DNA of 64,000 bases, taken from the NCBI RefSeq assembly GCF_964355755.1, contig NC_092677.1:7338101-7402100 (forward strand), read 5' to 3'. The DNA comes from Antedon mediterranea. Its lineage: Eukaryota > Animalia > Echinodermata. Below, piece after piece: positions 9,901 to 18,800 of this stretch. Each line of letters starts with the position of its first letter. Positions within the stretch are counted from its first letter, which is position 1. The position numbers and the translations under genes were made by a program. The notes under the pieces are model-generated. The model was not told where the DNA came from, made no database searches, and worked only from the letters and a program-made list of their open reading frames with translations.

Positions 9901-11759
9901 ATACAGTCTTATTTGAGGCTTAGGGAGTGGAGTTGAATGAGTCGTGAGTTACACCAGGTCCCGGGATTGAATCCTGGACCTTGGGATTGAATCCTGGACC
10001 TTAGGATTGGAAGGCAAGCATGTTAACCACCAAGCCAGTACAGCTCCACTCAATGTTTTCTCTTGTTTTCATTCTTACAATAAATTGAACTTGACAAAAA
10101 AGTACAAATCATTTTCTTACCGTATACATAAAATGTTGATGGCCATCCTCCGAAAACCGACGATTCCCCAAGCCATGTAGACACGTAACCAGTTAAAACT
10201 GCTCCAATACTCAGCCCTTAAAAAATGAATAAAAATGCAATCGTAATTTTGTATATATTTTGGTAATCGTCAACTGTTTTATGATAATATTGTCTCCTGA
10301 TATTAATGTTGAGTATGCCATTTAGTATATTATTCACTTAACTGATTTTCTAAGCAAGTAAAAAACTTGGGCCTACCATTATTAATTTATCATCTTATTT
10401 ATAACATACTGTAATTGAAACATATACCTGATGTTGTAATTGATATAAATGTACTACGTTCATTTAACTGTGACCAATTCACAATGATTCCAAATATTGA
10501 CGGATACACAATTCCCTGAAAACAAAATGAATTATTAGAATGAAAATTATTTATATTCATCGTTTTACCCAACAGTATGGTAATATTTGATAACGTTACT
10601 GTAATACTTCCCCTTGCAACAGAATGACACACCATCGCTTGACTAAATGTAACCATTTGATTATAAAGAAATTGTATTAGTAATGCGAGGGAGGGGAACT
10701 TTTAAGGAGAAACTGTTTGTAATTACCTGACCAATACCATCAATTATTCTATTTATCATCAAAAATACAAGATTTAATCTTGCCGTAAGCTGTGTCAATA
10801 GCATCATTAGAGACGATAAGCTTACGCCAGCTAATAAAACTCTGAATCCTCCATATCGTCCAACCAACCATCCTCCGAATATAGGCGATGCAGCAAACCC
10901 ATAATAAAATACACCTAAAATGAGTTGCTGAGTTTCAATGTTCCAGTCAAATATTTCAGCCTGTAAAATAAACAAAAGCCAATGTATCAAAAATGAAATT
11001 AATTCTTGTTTGATTCTGAAGTAGGCCTATCTAACATAGATAAATAAAAAAAATTGAATGAAGTGAATTGAGTTAGGGTACTTATAGAGATGATGGCTGG
11101 CTATATATGAACTCGATACGTCGAATTATAAGACTCCTTCTTTAAACTTTTAACGGTTTTACTAACTCTCAAAATGTATATTGGTTTATTTGACTGTGTG
11201 CAGTGTTAAGTGAATAATACAACCTACTTTATTTTCAGGCTGAAGTATTGTCTGGTCTGTTTGGCGTACCATAGATAGAATTATTATGTTCCAATTCATT
11301 CTCATAACTGAGTTTAAAACGTTCGTCATAAAACACATAAATATAATAACATAGCGTATTGGAAGTCGAGGTGGTGAATCTGTTGAAATTAGACAGTAAA
11401 AATTATTTTTACTAATTGGACTAATCCATATACCGTATGATAGGACTTCAGAATTCCAATGCCATACCATACTAAATCTGCTTACAAACAAAATATTGAA
11501 TAGAAAACGTACATTACGAGGTTTTACTAGCAATCTGGTTTTACGAGGATTCAACTTAGAAAATCTATTATTTTTATTCGCATTGCAATCTGTGGAGCAA
11601 TGCATTGAGTTATGGTTGGTCAAACCCATCTCAGGGCCTAGTTATATTAAAGTACTTTCTCATAATGTTTTATAACAAAAAAGTTAATAAAAACATGCTA
11701 TTCTTACCATTTTTTCGTAACATTGGTTCATTTTCTCCATTTCTGTTATCACTCACCAT
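6912..11759 (-). CDS. SLC17 (sialin/VGLUT-like) MFS anion transporter, about 477 aa, 10 exons: 11759-11708, 11379-11228, 10960-10727, 10515-10428, 10216-10121, 9744-9620, 9135-8986, 8410-8278, 7912-7671, 7073-6912
   Basis: SLC17 motifs FDWN..QQLILGVFYYG, GWPSTFYVYG, HPWISDYER, PVPWKKIFTSAPV, DIAPNHAG, QWRIIF..GSGEVQDWA; phases are consistent and the total of 1434 nt is open. Confidence 0.9.
9265..9508. mobile_element. MITE with CAAGGCAATCTAA TIRs and 7-bp TSD (P-superfamily-like); internal ~39-bp tandem repeats
   Basis: TIR CAAGGCAATCTAA / TTAGATTGCCTTG; flanks ATTCAAA / ATTTAAA; three copies of CGCGCGGTGTCTGTTGAG(G)nCGTGGAGCTGATCGTG; sister copy at 59017-59234. Confidence 0.75.
9955..10050 (-). 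mobile_element. tRNA-derived SINE head fragment with duplicated B-box segment
   Basis: Minus strand TGGCTTGGTGGTTAACATGCTTGCC...GGATTCAATCCC (A/B boxes); GGGATTGAATCCTGGACCTT is tandemly duplicated. Confidence 0.55.
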
Positions 11760-13249
11760 TTAGACAAATTGCTTTCTACTCTTCGCAATCTATTAAATCT
11801 ATTGAAAATAAGAATAACAAAACAAAACTAAATGCATAAAAAATGTGTACTGCTCTTGTCGTTGTTCAACGTAGTATTCTGCTCTGATAGGCTACACAAA
11901 AGTTAGCCTGTTCTATATAATATGAAATCCGATCCATTAAGATTTCTTACTTACTCAAGAACCAAATGAAGCATTTAGCGATACTAAACTGTGTTTACTG
12001 ACACGAATTTTTGTTTTGGTCAATAACAAAGACAAGTTTGAGCACCTGCTAATTTACATATATGTCAACGGTTTATCATGGCGTTTCTCAGAACGTCTGG
12101 CTGGGAGATATGGGCAGCTAATAGTGCAAATATTGGTAGGCCCACCAAAGAAATGCCACGATAGGAAATGTATAGAATATGTTAAAATGAGACATATATC
12201 GAGCCGTTATCACTGTGATTATATCAGACCATATCCTTACATTTATTCAATGTCATGCTCAACAGACATTGTATATACCCATTTTTCATTAATATTATTA
12301 ATAATTTATCAACAAACTGTGTGGCTAAGTGGTTTAATATGACATTTTAAAATTTTTATTTTAATTACAGTTACGATTCTTCACTCTTTTGAAAAACTGC
12401 TAGTATATTTCAACTTACATGGGCCTCATACTGTCCCTGAATATAATATTCTGAGGCATATCATTTAGTAACTGTGTGTGCAAAATTATGGAGAGAAACA
12501 ATATGTTCTCATCGACCAAAATGTAATGTAGGCCTATATCCCTCTGGACAGGTCCGAGTGGATAAGAAACTTATATGATGGGTATACGTCGGTAGAGAAG
12601 GTGGCTGGCTTTGCCACGGAGGATCTGGTTCAAAATGCAGTATACTGGTAATAATATACGAAAGCACTGTTCTTTATTTACATTAAACATTCGTGATATA
12701 AAAACTATATACAAACAATCATAACTTACCTTTATGACGTCAGAAGAAGATAGGTTTCTTAGATAGTTTTTAAGACATTTATGTTGAAGAATCCAATAAT
12801 AATAAATGAAAACTGAATCACACTGTTAAACGTCACGTAGAAGAGGATTAGCATGCAAGCTTATAGAACTTTTATTATACAAGAAGAAAAAGTTGAATTA
12901 GCAGTGACCTTAATTCACATTCTTTTGAATGGGATTAGTGTATACTTTGGTTGCTTGGATTAGTGTACTGCTGCTGCTTTATTGGCTGATACTGTCAGTG
13001 CCGACTTAATGATCGGATTGCATATCAATTGTGCGTTAATAAAAGTGAGATTTCTTTGTGAAATGGTTTAGTACCTGATTATTTTTATTATTCAAACTCA
13101 CAGAGTAGACTTTGCTGATATAATGACAATTGCTAGTGGATACGACTGTATTTAAATTATTAGGTATTACTATTATTATAGTATAGTATATGTAGTTATA
13201 GTAAAGTTTTATAAATTCGTCGGGGGTTGGTGTGTGACGTGAAACTACA

Positions 13250-13760
13250 CAATAATCAATAATTGAGTAGAATGACGATGGTTCCTTTCATGTACTATGC
13301 AATTATTTTGTAATTTGTAGAAAAGGGGTTTGGAATGAGTGAGGTGTTTTGTAATTTAAAAAGTTTGTCAAGTCTTTTTGTTTCTGTGCTAGTCCATTGA
13401 CAAAGTGTTTGGTGTTTACAATGTGTGACAGCCCAAGCAATGTTGCAATAATTAAGATGTGGCAGGATAAGGGTATTATAAAGGGAAAGTAAAATGTTTT
13501 GTGTTCCGTTTGTCGCTAATTGTCACTCAAAGGAATTGAGTATGATCAACTTGTTTAATTAAAACATCGTCTAGGAAGATTTCGATGGGGTTTTCTTAGA
13601 TTTGTTCCTATAAGGTTAGTTTTATCAATATTTAATGAGGGCTTGTTAGTTTTGAACCAGTTTGAGACGTGGTGAATTTCGGAATTAAAAGTTGAAATTA
13701 ATTTATCAAGTTGTTCGGGATGAGAGAAGAAAATATTGAAATCGTCGCCAAAAAACATTG
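13250..13760 (-). mobile_element. Degenerate LINE (CR1/L2-like) reverse-transcriptase fragment
   Basis: ORF 13555-13758 FGDDFNIFFSH...SNWFKTNKPSLNIDKT matches the RT (Y/F)ADD...WF..N.L.LN..KT motif; downstream LYNTLILPHLNYCNIAW-like sequence is frameshifted. Confidence 0.8.
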
Positions 13761-13961
13761 TTTTTCATAATAAAAAAACAATTTCGTTATTCCACACCAG
13801 AAATAATACAAGATAATATTGTTAACAATCGAAATTATTATAGTAGCGAAGTAGTTTGAATGTTATAATATACCGTAAATAAAAAATAGTTTGGAAGATT
13901 CAATCAAATCAAAATTATTTAATATTTAATTTTGCTATACCTAACCAAAACAAAAATAGTT

Positions 13962-14034
13962 TGGAAGACCCGGGCATTGATCCCGGTACCTCTCACATGC
14001 TAAGCGAGCGCTCTACCATTTGAGCTAGTCCCCC
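13962..14034 (-). tRNA. tRNA-Ala(AGC), array copy 1
   Basis: GGGGGACTAGCTCAAATGGTAGAGCGCTCGCTTAGCATGTGAGAGGTACCGGGATCAATGCCCGGGTCTTCCA: full cloverleaf, G3:U70, T-run terminator downstream. Confidence 0.95.
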
Positions 14035-14223
14035 AATCGCCAGATTTAATTCCATGTGACTTGATGAATGAATATAGTGATAGGCCTATATTGTATGGAA
14101 TGAGTTGATAATGAAAAACAATTTCGGCTACGTCTTTCCGTCTAGGAATATACATGGTAATATTCAATCAAATCAAAAATATTTAATATTTAATTTTGCT
14201 ATACCTAACAAAAAAAAAAAGTT

Positions 14224-14296
14224 TGGAAGACCCGGGCATTGATCCCGGTACCTCTCACATGCTAAGCGAGCGCTCTACCATTTGAGCTAGTCCCCC
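14224..14296 (-). tRNA. tRNA-Ala(AGC), array copy 2
   Basis: Identical to copy 1; poly-T terminator. Confidence 0.95.
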
Positions 14297-14495
14297 AATC
14301 GCCAGATTTAATTCCATGTGACTTGATGAATGAATAGTGATAGGCCTATATTGTATGGAGTGAGTTGAAAATGAAAACAATTTCGGCTACGTCTTTCCGT
14401 CTTTCCACATTAGGAATATACATGGTAATATTCAATCAAATCAAAATTATTTAATATTTAATTTTGCTATACCTAACCAAAAAAAAAAAATAGTT

Positions 14496-14568
14496 TGGAA
14501 GACCCGGGCATTGATCCCGGTACCTCTCACATGCTAAGCGAGCGCTCTACCATTTGAGCTAGTCCCCC
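14496..14568 (-). tRNA. tRNA-Ala(AGC), array copy 3
   Basis: Identical to copy 1; poly-T terminator. Confidence 0.95.
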
Positions 14569-14764
14569 AATCGCCAGATTTAATTCCATGTGACTTGATG
14601 AATGAATAGTGATAGGCCTATATTGTATGGAATGAGTTGATAATGAAAAACAATTTCGGCTACGTCTTTCCGTCTTTCCACATTAGGAATATACATGGTA
14701 ATATTCAATCAAATCAAAATTATTTAATATTTAATTTTGCTATACCTAACAAAAAAAAATAGTT

Positions 14765-14837
14765 TGGAAGACCCGGGCATTGATCCCGGTACCTCTCACA
14801 TGCTAAGCGAGCGCTCTACCATTTGAGCTAGTCCCCC
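14765..14837 (-). tRNA. tRNA-Ala(AGC), array copy 4
   Basis: Identical to copy 1; poly-T terminator. Confidence 0.95.
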
Positions 14838-15034
14838 AATCGCCAGATTTAATTCCATGTGACTTGATGAACTAATAGTAATAGGCCTATATTGTATGGA
14901 GTGAGTTGATAATGAAAAACAATTTCGGCTACGTCTTTCCGTTCTTTCCACATTAGGAATATACATGGTAAAAATCAATAAAATCAAAATTATTTAATAT
15001 TTAATTTTACTATACCTAAAAAAAAAAAATAGTT

Positions 15035-15107
15035 TGGAAGACCCGGGCATTGATCCCGGTACCTCTCACATGCTAAGCGAGCGCTCTACCATTTGAGCTA
15101 GTCCCCC
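15035..15107 (-). tRNA. tRNA-Ala(AGC), array copy 5
   Basis: Identical to copy 1; poly-T terminator. Confidence 0.95.
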
Positions 15108-15289
15108 AGTCCAAAGATATAATACCATGTGATTTGATGAACTGACATATTGTATGTAATGAGTTGATAATGGAAAACAATTTTGGCTACGTCTTTCCGC
15201 CTTTCCCTAATACACGGTAATATTTAAAAAAATAAAAATTATTTAAATTTGAATGTTAGAATATATTAATATACCTAACAAAAATATTT

Positions 15290-15382
15290 TGGAAGACCCG
15301 GGCATTGACCACGGTAGCTCTCTTTACTCCATGCTCTCACATGCTAAGTGAGTGCTCTACCACTTGACATCATAGCATCCCC
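15290..15382 (-). pseudogene. tRNA-Ala(AGC) pseudogene, array copy 6
   Basis: Same sequence with substitutions, a 16-bp insertion near the variable loop/anticodon stem (15323-15338) and a disrupted 5' end. Confidence 0.85.
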
Positions 15383-15587
15383 AGTCGAATAACAAGTGTA
15401 AACGTGGAATGACAAAATGAACTGGGATTTTGTATAGAGTGGATTCATGAAAGGATGAAAAACAATTTTCGTCGTACACACAGAAGAAAATTATTTAAAA
15501 AAAATCAGAACTGAATTTACAGTAATACTAATTAAAAAAAAATTTTAATTTAAATTTGAATGCTATAATATACGGTAAAACAATTAT

Positions 15588-15660
15588 TGGAAGACCCGGG
15601 CATTGATCCCGGTACCTCTCACATGCTAAGCGAGCGCTCTACCATTTGAGCTAGTCCCCC
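15588..15660 (-). tRNA. tRNA-Ala(AGC), array copy 7
   Basis: Identical to copy 1; T4 terminator at 15580-15577. Confidence 0.93.
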
Positions 15661-15855
15661 AGTTGGTGTCTGCTTGAATTCGTATAGTGATAATTTTACA
15701 GTACGTAAAGGAACAAATTGAGGGGATGTTTATGTATTATGACCGTTTTGGGCCGCAAATGTTTAAGTTTTGCAAAGCACTCATTCATTTTTCAAGTTTT
15801 CGAGAGAGAGCATGTGTGAAAAGATCAAACGACGGCCGGTGTTTTTTCGTTGAAC

Positions 15856-18800
15856 ATGGCAAGAAATGAGCGTGTTTCGTGTGGTAGGGATTTAAGTTGT
15901 GTGCCTGATATATCTAGTTCTACACAAATTGCAGCCGCAGCTGGGTATGTTGAACGTGTCTCTACAATGCTAAATCCGTATAATAGTATCATTTAAAGTT
16001 GGTTAAAAACTTAGGCCGCGTGTCTCCCTATCTACCGCGACGCTGACTGTTAATGGATGGAGTACCACCGCACCCTTTTCGCTGTAATGTTAAACCGTAG
16101 TCCTACTAGCTACTAGGCTAGGCCTAGTTAGGGCCTAGAGCTTAGGGCTAAGTTACGTGATCTCAAAATCCTTCTTCCGTCTACGGTATCCGGATCCCAA
16201 TGTACATCTGTCCTACAAACAAATCTCTCACTTTTCATCAATATTTAGGATAGGCCTAGCCTAGCTAGAGACCTAGGCCTCTAGGCCTACTAAGTATAAA
16301 TTATAAACAAAATATTATTCTTTTGTACACTCGACTCCTCCACTCTAGCAGTAGCGGTCCTAAAAGTAAAACGACCAAATGTAAGTTTTAGCCCTATCAG
16401 TATCAAGCTTTAGTTTTTATCATACAGAGAAAATCCATATTGCACTGTTTTGCATTTTCTGCGCAATTTGAAATCGTTCATTTATTGTGTGACTTTTTTG
16501 ATTTGCAGATTTGACTTTATAGCAGTACCAATTGTTCACCAGCGTTTTAAACGAGAGTTTCTGGAAGGGAAACCAAAAGACAGACCAGGAGCGTTCACAC
16601 GGTCAGACCTGTTGTTGTCAAGCCAAGGTGTGCAAGAAAATAATCCTAACCACTTTAGATTAACAAACAAAAAGGTCCCAGAAAGTAAAACATCATCCAC
16701 CACTTATGTAAAATCCAATCCAGGAAAATTGTCTTTTCTTTATTGCAGATTGGAGCTCAGTAATAGTTGGAAAGATCTCGCCATGGCTTCAGCCAGACTC
16801 GCATGATGAAACAATCCGCAAGAACTCGGAACAAGCATTAAAGCAAGAGCTTACGTATGCCGCTCATCTGACAATGCCAGCAGTTCTTATTACTCTCACC
16901 AGTTTCAACTGTACCAACCTTGGACGGTGTTTATACAGTCATTTGCTTGGACACAATAACCATCAGGTATGGTGCTACAGAGCAGATAGTTATCATTGCA
17001 TGGAATTTTATAACTGCATTGTATGTAGCAGAAATGGCTATATTCTTTAAACTCAGTGCAGGTGGTGTGAATTATATGCAATAATCATCATGTAGTGATT
17101 CACTCTATGTGAGTACAGATGTATGCACCTTCAATGCAGGTGGTGGTGTGCATGCAAATAACCATTAGGTAATAATCATTTGGTGATACATATTGATTAT
17201 ACACCTGCATTTTATTTATTTTGATTTGAACCATATTTAATGAGGGTGATCCATCCAGCAATTGCTGATCATATTTGCATATGTGCACCACTAAAATCAG
17301 CAGAACAGATCAGCAGAACAGATACAATACACAAAATACAACAAAAACAGAAAAGTTAAAGAAAAACAAATGCCAATAAATAAGATACTGTACTGTAGAC
17401 GCTTTATGCTTTATAATCAATGCAGGTGGTAATTATGTAAATGACCAACAGAAGGCGAATCATTGAAGGTACTACAGATAGGCACTATCTTTGTATATTA
17501 TTACACATCATAAAATGAAGTATACCTTTTTCTATTAGTAATTTTAGTGGTGCACATATGCAAATAAATATAGCCTTAAAAATCACAATAGACACAAACC
17601 CTTTAATGAATTGATTATATTTTGATTGTGTTTAATTAAGATATGGATACGTGTACCTATGATAGCTCCAGCAACAACTCGTCAAGACATCATTGAGAAT
17701 GAAGCGCCACCTAGCCACGACTTTGACAAACCATCCCCTATGTACGATACATGGAGCTGGTGGAACCGACTTAGACGTGTCTGTAACCACCATAAACGCA
17801 TAGCAGTAGGTGAGTAAGAATAAGAAAGGTTAAGTGTAGAGAGGTACTTGCCTTTTGTTTGCTTTATCATTCTGGTTCTGAAACCTTGCAGGATTGTTAC
17901 AAAGGGTGTTCTGTTCAAAAGCAAGCTCTATAGATGGTAAAAAATAATTTAAAAAAAAACTATCTTAGACATGGTTAAAAGGCAATTAAAAAAAGTACTG
18001 GAAGATTGAAAATAGGTTTTAAAAGACATGGTGTATGTGAAATTTGACTGCTTCAAGAAAAAGAGCATATGGATACCCTGACTTGGGTAATATACGGAAA
18101 CTTTAATTGCAGCTCTTGAAGTGTCTGTTGATCTGCCTCCGTCATCCGTTCTGGAACGATGGTACGGAGAACCAATCAAATGTGCAATTCTCTCCACTAA
18201 TATATTTCTGACAAACAAGAAGGGCTACCCAGTCTTATCTAAAGCACACCAAAATGTTGTGCTAAGGTAAGTTGTAATATTTGTTTTCCTTGTTTTATGT
18301 TGAATTAACTAGCATCTCTAAACTCCAAAAGTTCAAAAAGTGATTTCCTATTTAGAAGAACTGATGAATATGTTTGCATCATCACATCAGCTACACCAAT
18401 CTGTAACCTATATTCAAGTTTTTATTGGTAGTTATGCCTGGAACAAAACATCTGATAAAGACATCATGACCACCAGTCTTTAAACAGACATTTATTGAAT
18501 TTATGTTTCAGGTTCTTTAAGTTGGAAGTGCAGGTGATGGTGACTGGAACCAATCGACATCCAGACAAAGGGATCAAAGCTTACTACCAATATCTTGAAC
18601 ACCTGCGTTCCCAGATGCCTCCACTCACAGGTGTTGATGCATTTGCTAAGGGTTATGAAGACTACTTGCAATGCCCTCTACAGGTAAGTGAACTCTGTGG
18701 TAATATAATATCAAAAGAATATAACAATGAACCAATCAGTCGGTTATAAATGATAACTGGTCGATGACGTCATCATTAGATCCCTACAGTGCTAGTAAAC

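Larger units (their letters stand above)
13869..15660 (-). repeat. Tandem tDNA array, unit about 255-300 bp
   Basis: Spacers between copies 1-5 are near-identical, and become progressively more diverged toward copies 6-7; a truncated unit remnant lies at about 13869-13898. Confidence 0.9.

Noticed and set aside
13962-15660. CRISPR-like repeat-spacer appearance
   Set aside because: The repeats are 73-nt tRNA genes, the spacers are homologous to each other, the context is eukaryotic and there are no cas genes.
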